Notes: generated by a model not told the origin, from the letters alone. Shown: positions 19,968 through 31,049, counted from the first letter of the stretch. The stretch: DNA of 64,000 nucleotides from Terriglobia bacterium (GCA_965198225.1 CBDAOY010000009.1:1184001-1248000); one strand, 5' to 3'. Translations and numbers: made by a program.

Positions 19968-21086
19968 ATGTCCGGATCAATCCAAACTGCAGAGCACATC
20001 GCTCCGGAACTCAGCAAGAAGAACTTCGAGCGATACCTGCATTCCGTTTTTGGCGCCGCCGCCGAAGTTCTGGAACTGAAACCGATGACGGTGACCGCGG
20101 ACAACGACGTCAAGCAGTATGGTTACGGAACGCCAATCAAAGTCATTTACGAGTTGGACGGGCACCGGCATTCCGCCGTCTTCGAGACCGTTCACGCGGG
20201 GCCGTATGGCCACGAGACCATGGCTGATCGCGCCCAGCTGCTGCTCTCCGGCCATGAGACCTTTTCCAGGCTGCCGTTGCACGCGCGGTCGCTGTCCGCC
20301 GGCGCTGTCAAGTTCGACGGCAATCTGGTGTCCCTGGACGACGCCGACGAGTTCTTCATCCTCGTCGAGTACGTGGAAGGAAAGGGGCATAACGAGGACT
20401 TTGTGCGGATGCGGGATAGATCCGACCTGACGAGCCTCGACCTGGCCCGCTCCGATGCGCTCTGCGACTACCTGGCGGAAATCCACCACGTCCGCCGTGT
20501 CGAACCGTCGCTCTACGAGAGAAGGATCCGGGAGCTGATCGGACATGGCGAATGCATCATGGGAATCAATGACGGCTACCCGGAGAGCCACGGGTTCATC
20601 GATCGGAAGCTGCTCGAATGCATCGAGCACCAGGCCGTCGGGTGGCGCTGGCGGTTGAAGGACTACACGCATCGCCTCCGCCAGGTCCACGGCGACTTCC
20701 ATCCGTGGAACATCATGTTTCAGGATGGAGCGGACTTCCGTGTCCTGGACCGTTCGCGCGGTGAGTGGGGCGAGGCGGCCGACGACGTTTCCTGCCTGAC
20801 GATCAACTACCTGTTCTTCTCCCTCCAGCGGAGCGGCCGTCTCGAGGGCAATTTCCAGACGCTTTTCGAGAGATTCTGGCAGCGCTATCTCGACCGGACC
20901 GGCGATCAGGAGATGCTTTCGGTCGTGGCGCCGTTTTTTGCCTTCCGGGGGCTGGTGATCGCGAGCCCGGTCTGGTATCCCAACCTCTCGGAGGACATCC
21001 GCCGGCGGATCTTCTCCTTCATCAGAAACGTGTTGGACGATGACGAATTCGATCCAAGCCGAGTCAACGCCTACTGCGAAGCGTAG
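19968..21086 (+). CDS. Aminoglycoside-phosphotransferase-like (APH/choline kinase fold) protein
   Basis: HGDFHPWNI Brenner motif followed by LDRS; RBS GAAGGA before ATG 19968. Confidence 0.8.
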   Translation: MSGSIQTAEHIAPELSKKNFERYLHSVFGAAAEVLELKPMTVTADNDVKQYGYGTPIKVIYELDGHRHSAVFETVHAGPYGHETMADRAQLLLSGHETFSRLPLHARSLSAGAVKFDGNLVSLDDADEFFILVEYVEGKGHNEDFVRMRDRSDLTSLDLARSDALCDYLAEIHHVRRVEPSLYERRIRELIGHGECIMGINDGYPESHGFIDRKLLECIEHQAVGWRWRLKDYTHRLRQVHGDFHPWNIMFQDGADFRVLDRSRGEWGEAADDVSCLTINYLFFSLQRSGRLEGNFQTLFERFWQRYLDRTGDQEMLSVVAPFFAFRGLVIASPVWYPNLSEDIRRRIFSFIRNVLDDDEFDPSRVNAYCEA

Positions 21087-21614
21087 CCCGACCGACGCCT
21101 TCGCGGTGTGGATCACCGGGCTGCCTGCGTCCGGTAAGTCCACGATAACTGCGGCGCTCGTGGACAAGCTCCGCGATCGCGGACTTGAAGTTGTAGTCCT
21201 GGAATCCGATGTCCTGCGGCGAGTCCTGCCCCCCGGTGAATATTACGGGGACCGGGAAAGGGATGCTTTCTACGAATCGATGGTGTACATCGCGGAACTC
21301 TTCATCGGGCGGGGAATCCCTGTACTGCTCGACGCCACTGCCAACCGCTCCCGCTACCGTGAGCATGCGCGCGGCAGGATCGCGAAATTCATAGAGGTTT
21401 TCGTCGACTGTCCTCTCGAAGTCTGCGTCGAGCGAGACCCGAAGGGTATCTACCGGAAAGCGATCCGCGGTGAAGCCGATACGGTTCCGGGGCTCCAGAC
21501 CGCCTACGAACCGCCCGCGGATGCCGACATCGTCGTCTTCGGAGACGTCGAAGCCCCTGAACGGGCGGCCGATCGAATCCTGGCGAAGATCGAAGAGAAG
21601 GGTTACCTTGATGA

Positions 21615-21618
<4 letters not shown>
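21040..21618 (+). CDS. Adenylyl-sulfate-kinase-like P-loop kinase (CysC family)
   Basis: WITGLPASGKST, FIEVFVDCPLEVCVERDPKGIY and YEPP motifs; start uncertain because of overlap with the upstream gene. Confidence 0.85.
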
Positions 21619-22736
<1,118 letters not shown>

Positions 22737-22748
<12 letters not shown>

Positions 22749-22767
22749 TCGGTAGTCAGTAGTCAGT
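22737..22767 (+). repeat. Heptamer tandem repeat (AGTAGTC)n
   Basis: agtagtcagtagtcggtagtcagtagtcag; same unit at 41790-41806 (reverse) and 47312-47343. Confidence 0.7.
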
Positions 22768-22871
22768 TGCCTTCACGAAAGTGGTTGGCGCTGCCTTGCA
22801 ACCCCGCACCCCTGAAGAGATGCCCGCCGACGTTCCAGCCCGGTGCTATCATTTGGCGCACCGAGGTTTCC

Positions 22872-24740
22872 GTGTTGAGCTTCACCACCTCCTGGCTGGC
22901 TCTTGCTGCGTTCTGGATGCAGCTGACCACAGGCGTGTTTCCCGCGGTGGCGGCCGCGGACGATACCATCCACCTGACCTGGCAGGACGGTCGCGAGGGA
23001 GCATACGAGATTTACTACAGCCGGGCGGTCTCCGGCGAAGCGTTCGTCGCTCCAGTCAACCTTTCACGTTCCACCGGCGCCTCGGACCTTCCGCGAATCC
23101 TCGTCGATGGCAGTTCGGTATTCATCGTGTGGTCGGACAATCAGGGTGGCGCCTATCAGGTCATGATGGTCCGCTCCGATGACAGCGGCGAGACGTTCTC
23201 GGACGCGATTCGCTTGTCGGATGGGGACGAGAGTACAGGTCCGCCGCGATTAGCGGGGCAGCGTGGCCGCGTTTTCGTGGCCTGGGATCAGATCGGTGAA
23301 GTCGCGGCCGCCGTGATGCTGGCGCGGGTCGGCGAGCCGCCCCGGGACCTGTCGGCGGGCCGGGGTGGTTTTCTGCCGACGGTCGCGACCCGGGACGATC
23401 TCGTCGTGGTTGCCTGGTATACCGACACCCTGGTCAATCAGGAGGTCTATGTCGTCCGATCCGATGACGGGGGCGCGTCGTTTTCGGCGCCGGCGCAACT
23501 CTCCACCGGGCAGGAGCGGGCCTATGCCCCGAGCGTCGCGATCGACGACAATGGCGTTGTCTACATCGCCTGGCACGACCGGACGCGTGGCTTCTTCGAT
23601 ATCTTCCTGACGGTTTCCGATGACGGAGCGCGAAGCTTCGGCGAACCGCAACGCCTGTCCCGGTCCGACGATGGCGCCATCTATCCCGACCTCGTCGAGT
23701 TGCCGGAAGGCGGGGCCGCGCTGGCCTGGCTGTCGGCGGGCGCGGTGCTGCTGGCGGAAGTCTCCTCTCAGGGCGCTCTCGCTAATGAGGCCCGGCTACT
23801 GAACGTTCCCGACGATGCGGGGCCTCCCCGAATTGCGCAGACTGCCACCGGGCCCATCGTCGCCTGGGACGACATCGGACCGGTATCGCGGGAGATCTAC
23901 CTGTCGGATGGCGCACCTTCGAAAATAGCGGCGATGCCGCCTCCCGCCCTGCCGGTCGAATTCGAAGCCGTCCATGCGGGCGGAGCCGTGTATGTCCTGC
24001 AGCCGTCGAGCGGCAGTTCATCTCAGGCCGTCGTTTCTCACGGCGAAGACGGCGTCCTCGTCTCCGACACCTCGTTTGCCGAGCGGGCCGACAAACTGCG
24101 GGAGGCCATCGACAGTCTTGGAGGAGGAGCAGTCCGGTACGTGATCAACACGCATTTCCACAGTGATCACACCGACGGTAATCGCGCGTTTGCCCCGGCG
24201 CGGTTCATCTCCCACGAGAACACGCTCCGCGATCTCGCGCAGGGCCGGTCTCCGGCTCCCGATCCTCCGCTACCTGATTCGGCAATGCCCCAGGTCACTT
24301 TCGACGAGACGCTTTCGGTGTTCTTCAACGGGGAGGAGGTGCGGTTGATCCACCTGCCGGACAGCCACACCGAGGGTGACGTTGCTGTCTTTTTCACCGG
24401 CTCCAAGGTGGCTCACGTTGGGGACGTGATGCTGGCCGCAGGAGCGCTCCCCTTCACCAGCAACGTCGATGCGCTTGTGAACGCGCTGACCCGGTTGATC
24501 GACCTCCTGCCCGAAGATACCGTGATCGTTCCCGGTCACGGCTCCCTGGCCACAGTGGACGACCTCAAAGCCTACCGGGACATCGTGGTCGAAACCCGCG
24601 ACTTCGTCCTTTCGCGAGTCGCTGCCGGCCAGCCCCACGCCGACATCGTCGCAGCAATCCCCGAAGAATGGACCTCCTGGAACAGCCGCTTCATCACGGT
24701 GGAAGACTGGATCACCGAGCTCTACACCATGCTCCGTTGA
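22872..24740 (+). CDS. Exported BNR/Asp-box beta-propeller fused to an MBL-fold metallo-hydrolase
   Basis: Signal-like N-terminus, repeated RSDDxGxxFS Asp-boxes, THFHSDHTDGN, HTEGD, GD and PGHG motifs; GTG 22872 start inferred. Confidence 0.8.
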   Translation: MLSFTTSWLALAAFWMQLTTGVFPAVAAADDTIHLTWQDGREGAYEIYYSRAVSGEAFVAPVNLSRSTGASDLPRILVDGSSVFIVWSDNQGGAYQVMMVRSDDSGETFSDAIRLSDGDESTGPPRLAGQRGRVFVAWDQIGEVAAAVMLARVGEPPRDLSAGRGGFLPTVATRDDLVVVAWYTDTLVNQEVYVVRSDDGGASFSAPAQLSTGQERAYAPSVAIDDNGVVYIAWHDRTRGFFDIFLTVSDDGARSFGEPQRLSRSDDGAIYPDLVELPEGGAALAWLSAGAVLLAEVSSQGALANEARLLNVPDDAGPPRIAQTATGPIVAWDDIGPVSREIYLSDGAPSKIAAMPPPALPVEFEAVHAGGAVYVLQPSSGSSSQAVVSHGEDGVLVSDTSFAERADKLREAIDSLGGGAVRYVINTHFHSDHTDGNRAFAPARFISHENTLRDLAQGRSPAPDPPLPDSAMPQVTFDETLSVFFNGEEVRLIHLPDSHTEGDVAVFFTGSKVAHVGDVMLAAGALPFTSNVDALVNALTRLIDLLPEDTVIVPGHGSLATVDDLKAYRDIVVETRDFVLSRVAAGQPHADIVAAIPEEWTSWNSRFITVEDWITELYTMLR

Positions 24741-24758
24741 CGGGAAACCGAAGACTTA

Positions 24759-24822
24759 ACCACGGAGGCGGGGAGGCACCGAGGAAAGAAAAAACTTCTC
24801 CGCGCCTCTGTGCCTCCGTGGT
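24759..24822. repeat. Palindromic intergenic element (CCACGGAGGC...GCCTCCGTGG), possible bidirectional terminator
   Basis: Inverted repeats between convergent genes. Confidence 0.6.
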
Positions 24823-24855
24823 GAATCTTCTTGCTGTTTCAGGTTGCTATGTGAC

Positions 24856-25431
24856 TCAGTCAGGTAGGGGTTCGTCGTAGCCGGAGACGAAGGTCTTGAT
24901 GTGGCCGGTGGAGAGTTCGAAGACGTGGCGTTGCTGCGTTCCGATGTCGCCCCCGTAGATGTGGATTGAAACTGTGGGCGTCTCGGTACGGTTGTAAATT
25001 CTGTGAATGTCCCGGTCCGGGGGGTAGACGTGGGCCACTGCGCCCGGACCGAACACGCCGACTGACACTTCCTCGATGTCGGCGACATCCGGGTCCGATC
25101 CATCGTCCCTCCGAAGAAATCTCGTTTCCTCTTCCATCCCTTCGTACTGTCCGATGACCCCCCAGGTGCAGTGGTCGTGTACCGGTGAACCGTTGTCCGG
25201 GCGCCACACGAAGGAGACCACTGAAAACGATCGATCCGGCGGCCGGAACAGCAGGTATTGCGAGTAGGGCTTGTCCGGGAGAGCCTGCTGAAAGTTCGGC
25301 TCCAGCCAGTCGCGATCGAGAACGAGCGTTCGAAGGAAGGGTTCGATCCGTGTGACGATGTCCGCCGGTTCCCGATGCGCACCCAGGACGCCCGCGACGC
25401 CATCGATGAATTCCGAAAACGCGTTGGACAT
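24856..25431 (-). CDS. Cysteine/thiol dioxygenase family (cupin)
   Basis: SPVHDHCTWG, DIHRI and SIHIYG motifs. Confidence 0.85.
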   Translation of the reverse strand: MSNAFSEFIDGVAGVLGAHREPADIVTRIEPFLRTLVLDRDWLEPNFQQALPDKPYSQYLLFRPPDRSFSVVSFVWRPDNGSPVHDHCTWGVIGQYEGMEEETRFLRRDDGSDPDVADIEEVSVGVFGPGAVAHVYPPDRDIHRIYNRTETPTVSIHIYGGDIGTQQRHVFELSTGHIKTFVSGYDEPLPD

Positions 25432-25434
25432 CCT

Positions 25435-26742
25435 CTATGTCGATTCCTCAGGCCGCCGCCGCATGAAGTAGACGACGCTGCCAACGACGACCGCCACGAG
25501 GAACGCGAGAGTGTCGTCCAGATTGGTTTGGGTGTAAAGCCAAAGGCCCAGGACGACCGCCAGGATCGGAAACAGCGGGCCAAACATCAGCTGAAACGCC
25601 GGTCTGCCTTGCGACCTCTTGCGCAGAACGGGCACGGCCGCACAGGTCACCATGTAGGCGCCCAGACGTGCGACGACGCTGATCGTGGCGAGCCATACGA
25701 AAGTCCCCGACAGCGCGAGGAGCCAGACCATCAACGCGAACACCACGATCGATCCCACTGGTGTGCGGAATCTGGAATGCAGGTGTCCGAAGAATGCCGG
25801 GAATTCTCCCCGCTGGGCGAACGCGTAGGTCAGGCGGGGCCCGATCAGCATGACAGCGCTCAGGTTCCCGAAGATCGAAACCAGGGCAGCCAGGGCCATC
25901 ACGCCGCCAGCGACCGGGCCCAGGAAGTTTCGGCCGGCGTCAGCGAGCGGTCGCGCCGATTGAGTCAGGGTCGGCAGGGTGCCAACCGCAACCACCTGCA
26001 CCGCCAGGTAAATTACCGCCGCGATCACGAGCGCGTAAACGAGAGCCCATGAAATGTCTTTCTTCGGGTGTTTGGCTTCGCCCGCCGGTATGGCGGCGTA
26101 CTCGAAGCCGGTAAACGCGTAGATGAGAAGCAGCACGGCGCTGCCGAAACTGGCCGACTCCGGCACTTGAATCGTAGCGAAAGTGTCCCATTCGACGAAG
26201 AAAAGCCCGATGGTCCCGAAGGCGATCAGCGGGATGATCTTCATGATGGCAAAGGCGTCGCCGAGGTGAGCGCCCAGCACGACGCCGCGAACGTTGACGG
26301 CGGCAAGGAACCCGACGACCGCTGTGATGCCCGCAACGCGACCCCAGCCGACGTCGGCCCCCGGGACGAAGAAAGCGAAGTAGGAAATCAGCAGGTTGGA
26401 GTTTGCCGCGAACGCGCTGACACGCGCGAGCCAAATCGCCCAGCCCACCTCGAACCCGACCAGACCCCCGAACACAGAACGTGCATAAAGATAGGGCCCC
26501 CCGGTCTCGTTGAAATAACTGGCGATCTCCGCGAAGCAGAGGACGATGATGCCGACGATGGCGGCGCAAGCGACGAAGGCGATCGGACTGGCGTTGCCGA
26601 GCAGAGCGGCCACGGCCGAAGGCAGACCGAAGATTCCTGCTCCGATGATCCCGTTGACGGCCAGTGCCGTCAGGTCGCCGCGGCCCAAAGCCCGCACCAG
26701 ACCAGTTGTTCCGGACTCTACCTGTGGAGCAGGTGTCGACAC
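25435..26742 (-). CDS. APC-family amino acid permease
   Basis: IIGAGIFGLP, GGPYLY and AFTGFE motifs; about 12 TM segments. Confidence 0.92.
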   Translation of the reverse strand: MSTPAPQVESGTTGLVRALGRGDLTALAVNGIIGAGIFGLPSAVAALLGNASPIAFVACAAIVGIIVLCFAEIASYFNETGGPYLYARSVFGGLVGFEVGWAIWLARVSAFAANSNLLISYFAFFVPGADVGWGRVAGITAVVGFLAAVNVRGVVLGAHLGDAFAIMKIIPLIAFGTIGLFFVEWDTFATIQVPESASFGSAVLLLIYAFTGFEYAAIPAGEAKHPKKDISWALVYALVIAAVIYLAVQVVAVGTLPTLTQSARPLADAGRNFLGPVAGGVMALAALVSIFGNLSAVMLIGPRLTYAFAQRGEFPAFFGHLHSRFRTPVGSIVVFALMVWLLALSGTFVWLATISVVARLGAYMVTCAAVPVLRKRSQGRPAFQLMFGPLFPILAVVLGLWLYTQTNLDDTLAFLVAVVVGSVVYFMRRRPEEST

Positions 26743-26785
26743 GTCCCGGAGAGCTTAGCCGAGGCGGGCAAAACCGTCAAATACG

Positions 26786-26856
26786 GTGTAGGTGCGGTCT
26801 ATGACCGCACATTCTTGCATCCCGAGCCGTTGTGCGCTCATAGAGCGCACCTACAC
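26786..26856. repeat. REPIN: inverted pair of GTAG-type REPs
   Basis: GTGTAGGTGCGGTCTATGACCGCAC ... GTGCGCTCATAGAGCGCACCTACAC. Confidence 0.85.
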
Positions 26857-26893
26857 CGGCGGTCAATTTGACCGCCGGAAAGATGAAGGGGAA

Positions 26894-28228
26894 CTATTTC
26901 TTCTTCGCCGCCTTCTTCGCTTTCCTGGCAAACTCCGCCAGCAGGTTCTTGAGACCGGCGGGTGCTTTGAGCGAATAACGAACCTGGACCAGGGGTTTGT
27001 TGATCGTGATCAACTGGCCCAGGTCCACCGGCGTGGCGCCCAGGACCAGGTCGGCCTTGGCCTTGTTGATCGTCGATTCGAACTCGCGGATCTGCTTCGC
27101 GCCGTATCCCATCGCCGGCAGGATGTTCTTCAGGTGGGGATACTTGGCGTAGACCTTGCGGATCGAGCCAACGGCATATCGTTCGGGCCGGATCATCTTT
27201 GCACCGTGGCTCTTCGCGTAGATGGCGCCGGCGCCGTAAGCCATCTCACCGTGGGTCAATGTCGGGCCGTCTTCGACGACGATCACCTTCTTGTCCTTTA
27301 TGGATGCTTTGCCGATCGCGGTGATGTTGAGGCCGGTCTTGAAGACCTGCGCCTTCGGGTTGGCGGCCTTGATGCTCTTCCGGACTGCAGCGATCCCGGA
27401 CGCCTTGGCGGTGCCGGTCTTGCTGATCAACAGGACGTCGGCGGCCCGGAGGTTGGCTTCGCCGGGGTGGTAGCCCATCTCGTGACCGGGCCGGTGGGGA
27501 TCGACCACCGTGATGTGGAGGTCGGGAGTGTAGAAGGGCAAGTCGTTGTTGCCGCCATCCCACAGGATGACATCGGCCTCCCGCTCGGCGCGCCTCAGGA
27601 TCTTCAGGTAGTCGACGCCTGCCCAGATCACCACGCCGCGGCGCACGTAGGGTTCGTATTCTTCACGCTCCTCGATCGTCGTGTCGTATTTGGCAAAGTC
27701 TTCATACCGGGCGAAGCGCTGAACTTCCATGGCGACCAGGTCGCCGTACGGCATCGGGTGCCGGATGACGCCCACTCGCAAACCCAGGCGCATCAGGAAA
27801 TCGACCACGAACTGGCTGGTCGGACTCTTGCCCGCGCCGGTCCGTACCGCACAAACCGCGATCACGGGTTTCCGCGACTTCAGGTACATGGCGCGCGGGC
27901 CCAGCAACCGGAAGTCCGCACCGGCTGCGGCGGCGATCGAGGCGGCGTGCATCACTTCGGCGTGCGGTATGTCGGAGTAGGCATGGACGACCTGGTCGAC
28001 TTTGTACTCTCCGATCAAGTCGGTCAGCCGTTCCTCCGGGAAGATCGGGATGCCCTTTCGGTAGAGGGATCCACTGAGCTTGGCGGGATACCTGCGGTCG
28101 TCGATGTTGGGAATTTGGGTCGCCGTGAACGCTACGACGTTGTAGTCCTTGTTGTCGCGGAAGTACACGTTGAAGTTGTGGAAGTCCCGGCCGGCGGCCC
28201 CCATGATGATCACTCTTTTCCTTGCCAT
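26894..28228 (-). CDS. P-loop enzyme of the cDPG-synthase-like / arginine synthetase (ArcE) family
   Basis: MGAAGRDFHNFN, AFTATQIP, AVRTGAGKS, TIEEREEYE, WDGGNND and EDGPTLTHG motifs. Confidence 0.8.
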   Translation of the reverse strand: MARKRVIIMGAAGRDFHNFNVYFRDNKDYNVVAFTATQIPNIDDRRYPAKLSGSLYRKGIPIFPEERLTDLIGEYKVDQVVHAYSDIPHAEVMHAASIAAAAGADFRLLGPRAMYLKSRKPVIAVCAVRTGAGKSPTSQFVVDFLMRLGLRVGVIRHPMPYGDLVAMEVQRFARYEDFAKYDTTIEEREEYEPYVRRGVVIWAGVDYLKILRRAEREADVILWDGGNNDLPFYTPDLHITVVDPHRPGHEMGYHPGEANLRAADVLLISKTGTAKASGIAAVRKSIKAANPKAQVFKTGLNITAIGKASIKDKKVIVVEDGPTLTHGEMAYGAGAIYAKSHGAKMIRPERYAVGSIRKVYAKYPHLKNILPAMGYGAKQIREFESTINKAKADLVLGATPVDLGQLITINKPLVQVRYSLKAPAGLKNLLAEFARKAKKAAKKK

Positions 28229-28482
28229 AAAAGGCTCTGCCTCCCTCTTGGTAGGTCCACCGGCTGGATCCGATTATGGCCTGACTTGGCGAACAATCGG
28301 ATCTCAGCTTGATGATTTTGAAAAAGGTGCCACGGTGTCGATCCGACCGAAATCCGGGCGGAGACCGGGGGGCAGGCGACTCCCAGGGTCGTTCCCGACG
28401 AGAGAATCAAAAATTACCAGATTTCATGGCGGCTGGCCAGAGACAAGTGGGGTGAGCGCGGAATTGAACGGACCAAAAACCG

Positions 28483-28576
28483 GCCACGGATTGCACGGAT
28501 TTACCGGATTGGGAGTGGTCTTTCGGAGGACAGACCAGTGGCCTCGTCCTTCCGTGTAATCCGTGTAATCCGTGGC
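28483..28576. repeat. Inverted nonamer-repeat element (CACGGATT/AATCCGTG)
   Basis: gccacggattgcacggatttaccggatt ... tccgtgtaatccgtgtaatccgtggc; related copy at 63121-63195. Confidence 0.7.
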
Positions 28577-28641
28577 TTTCTGATACGGGTAATCGGTGGC
28601 CTACGGGTTGCACTGGCAAAACCGGCCACGGATCGACCCAG

Positions 28642-29592
28642 TCACTGTCCCCGAATTACCTGCGCGTCCAGCTTCCGGACGAGCCCCAGTGCGGCCCGGT
28701 AGCTCAGCTCCATTGCCGCCGACTCGACACTCTCCGAGGTGTCGTTGGGTGTGTGAATCGTGGCTAGCACATTCGGTACAAAGCGCTCCGGAAAGATTCC
28801 CTCGGTATCGCTGTTCAAAAACAGCCACATTCGGTGAGCTTCCTCGGCGGGCAGGATCCCGATCGAGATGTTGGGGATGCCAGCCGCTTGGAAGCTGAGG
28901 TTGTCGCTTGGCGGGTATTGGTCGAACTCCAGGCAGTCGAGTCCTTCTTCCACACAGGTTTCCTTGAACATCCCATAGACTTCCGTGTTGCCCCCGCCCC
29001 CGGCGGGGCCGAACATCAGGGTATCGCCGTATCCGTTGACATCGAGGTTGACCGCGGCGGCGATTCGGTCGGACTCGTGTGCTTCGATGTACTTGGCTGA
29101 CCCGACCAGGCCGATCTCTTCCATATCGAAAAGAACGATCCGGATGCGGTGTCGAAGCCGGTCGTCCTTGAGGGTTTCGGCGATCCTGGCGAGCACGACC
29201 GATGAAGCGGCGTTGTCGACGGCGCCGCGGCTGAGCATCCCGTTCCGCAACCAGACGGCATCGTAATGGGCGCCGACCACGATGTCGCTTTCACCTTCGC
29301 CGAGCGTGACGACCAGGTTGGCGCCTTCGGTCCGCGGATAGTTTCCGCGAGGCTCGATCGTGAATGGCTCGAGTTCGAACGCCACCCCGCTTTCGGAGAG
29401 GATAGCCTCGAGAGCTTCGCGCCGGCCGACGTTGGAATCGACTTCCACTCTCCGGACGTCGTCGAGCATGGTGCTCAGTCGCGCCGGGTCCAGCGTTGCT
29501 CGAGGTGCGATGGCACCGTTGCGGCCGGCGCAGGCGGTGAACTGGATCGAAGTCAGCAGAGCAAGAACCAGAACCGGGTGTAGGGTTCTCAT
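28642..29592 (-). CDS. M28-family metallopeptidase, probable lipoprotein
   Basis: FTAC lipobox, GAHYD, GAVDNAASS, MEEIGLVGS, NLD, SDN and IHTPND motifs. Confidence 0.9.
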   Translation of the reverse strand: MRTLHPVLVLALLTSIQFTACAGRNGAIAPRATLDPARLSTMLDDVRRVEVDSNVGRREALEAILSESGVAFELEPFTIEPRGNYPRTEGANLVVTLGEGESDIVVGAHYDAVWLRNGMLSRGAVDNAASSVVLARIAETLKDDRLRHRIRIVLFDMEEIGLVGSAKYIEAHESDRIAAAVNLDVNGYGDTLMFGPAGGGGNTEVYGMFKETCVEEGLDCLEFDQYPPSDNLSFQAAGIPNISIGILPAEEAHRMWLFLNSDTEGIFPERFVPNVLATIHTPNDTSESVESAAMELSYRAALGLVRKLDAQVIRGQ

Positions 29593-29612
29593 GGCGCTCC
29601 ATTCTAGCAAGC

Positions 29613-29633
29613 GTAGGTGCGGTCTATGACCGG
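29613..29633 (+). repeat. Single degenerate REP
   Basis: GTAGGTGCGGTCTATGACCGG. Confidence 0.7.
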
Positions 29634-29755
29634 AACCATTCACTTAGCGTCGGGCCCACCGTCCCGCTCAGCTGTTTGGTTTGGAGAGGGCGCCTGCAGC
29701 CTATCTAAACTGGCTATTTCGGGAGCGCCAACGCCGGACGGTCCCCCCCACGCCA

Positions 29756-29824
29756 GTGTAGGTGCGGTCTATGACCGCACATTCTTCGAACCGAGACATG
29801 TGCGCTCATAGAGCGCGCCTACAC
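29756..29824. repeat. REPIN
   Basis: Same inverted REP pair as 26786-26856. Confidence 0.85.
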
Positions 29825-29902
29825 GTGATCCGAGTTTTCGGCTGCCGGGCGGCCATACACGTACAGTTCCGACGCCAAAGGTGTCAGAATAGACAGTATC
29901 CG

Positions 29903-30493
29903 ATGGAAACAGTCCTTCAATTGATGATGGGCGTCGGACTGGCGGCGTCGGCGGGCTTTCGGGCCTTCCTCCCCATGCTGGCGGTCGGTCTGCTGTCGCG
30001 CACCGGTTTTCTGGAACTGAATTCCTCCTTTGAGTTCCTCGCTCGGACGGACGTTCTGATCATAGTGGCGGTGGCCACCGTGGTCGAGTTCCTTGGTGAC
30101 AAAGTCCCGGTCGTCGACCACACGCTCGATGTGATCGGTACCGCCGCTCGTCCGATTGCCGGAACGTTGCTGGCGTCGTCGGTCTTGCTCGGGCTGGATC
30201 CTTTCCTGGCGACGCTGCTGGGCCTGGTAGCAGGCGGCGCGACCTCGCTGGCTGTGCACTCGGGCAAGGCCGTGGTTCGTGCGGGCAGTACGGCTGCCGC
30301 CCCGGTCCACGGGGGGTTGGGCAACACCCTGGTGTCGATTGCCGAGGATGTGGTCGCCCTGGTCGGGGTGGCGATATCGGTGGTCCTGCCTGCCCTCGCT
30401 TTTCTTCTGGCCGTTGGACTCGTCGTGGTTGGAATAGTGTTGCTGAAGAAGGGGTTCCGCGCCGGCCGCAGGATGTTCTCCGCGTCAGTCTAG
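29903..30493 (+). CDS. DUF4126-family membrane protein
   Basis: GLAASAGFRAFLP, EFLGDKVPVVDH and SIAED motifs. Confidence 0.85.
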   Translation: METVLQLMMGVGLAASAGFRAFLPMLAVGLLSRTGFLELNSSFEFLARTDVLIIVAVATVVEFLGDKVPVVDHTLDVIGTAARPIAGTLLASSVLLGLDPFLATLLGLVAGGATSLAVHSGKAVVRAGSTAAAPVHGGLGNTLVSIAEDVVALVGVAISVVLPALAFLLAVGLVVVGIVLLKKGFRAGRRMFSASV

Positions 30494-30605
30494 GCTCACA
30501 TCGCGCATTCATTGCGACTCGCCGACCACATCGCGGTTCTATAATTCCGTCAACCGCAGTCTTTGCACCCTAACGTTTCTTAAGCAAAGCGCCGAAGAAT
30601 AGGGC

Positions 30606-30824
30606 ATGGGACGTTCAGACAAAACCGAAGCCGCAGCCGCCCTCATGGTCCTCCTCGGCGAAGACGCCGCGGCGGACGTTCTCAAGCATCTCGACGATGA
30701 GGAAGCTCAACAGGTCTCCAGTGCGATCGGCAGGGTCGAGGGCACGGCCGACCGATACGTCGAGAGCCTTGGGCAGTTGCTCGATCTCGCCGAAGAGCCT
30801 TCAGGCACGACCGTCGGATCTTAG
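30606..30824 (+). CDS. Small protein resembling the FliG N-terminal domain (possibly a remnant)
   Basis: AAALMVLLGEDAAADVLKHLDDEEAQQVSSAI resembles the FliG-N pattern AAILLxxLGExxAAxVxKHLxxxE. Confidence 0.55.
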   Translation: MGRSDKTEAAAALMVLLGEDAAADVLKHLDDEEAQQVSSAIGRVEGTADRYVESLGQLLDLAEEPSGTTVGS

Positions 30825-30833
30825 CCCGCTGTC

Positions 30834-30962
30834 TCAGACCAGCCCGAGACCGGGAATATCCCTACAGTCGGCGTCGTTCAACGTCCAAAAGCCGGCGTCG
30901 TGTGCGATCGCGCACGCGGCGATCGCCAGATCGAGTTCCCGACCCCGTGCACGTCGATCCTT
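30834..30962 (-). pseudogene. PIN/VapC toxin C-terminal remnant
   Basis: RGRELDLAIAACAIAHDAGFWTLNDADCRDIPGLGLV* matches the PIN tail DxxIAAxAxxH...TxNxxDF..IPGL; N-terminus missing. Confidence 0.7.
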
Positions 30963-30975
30963 CCCCGAAATAAGG

Positions 30976-31049
<74 letters not shown>

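Noticed and set aside
19968-21086. Aminoglycoside resistance gene
   Set aside because: Only the generic kinase-fold motif is seen, and the operon context points to metabolism
26792-28312. 506-aa ORF and other ORFs beginning MRSMTA
   Set aside because: The starts come from the REP sequence itself and the bodies are antisense or non-coding
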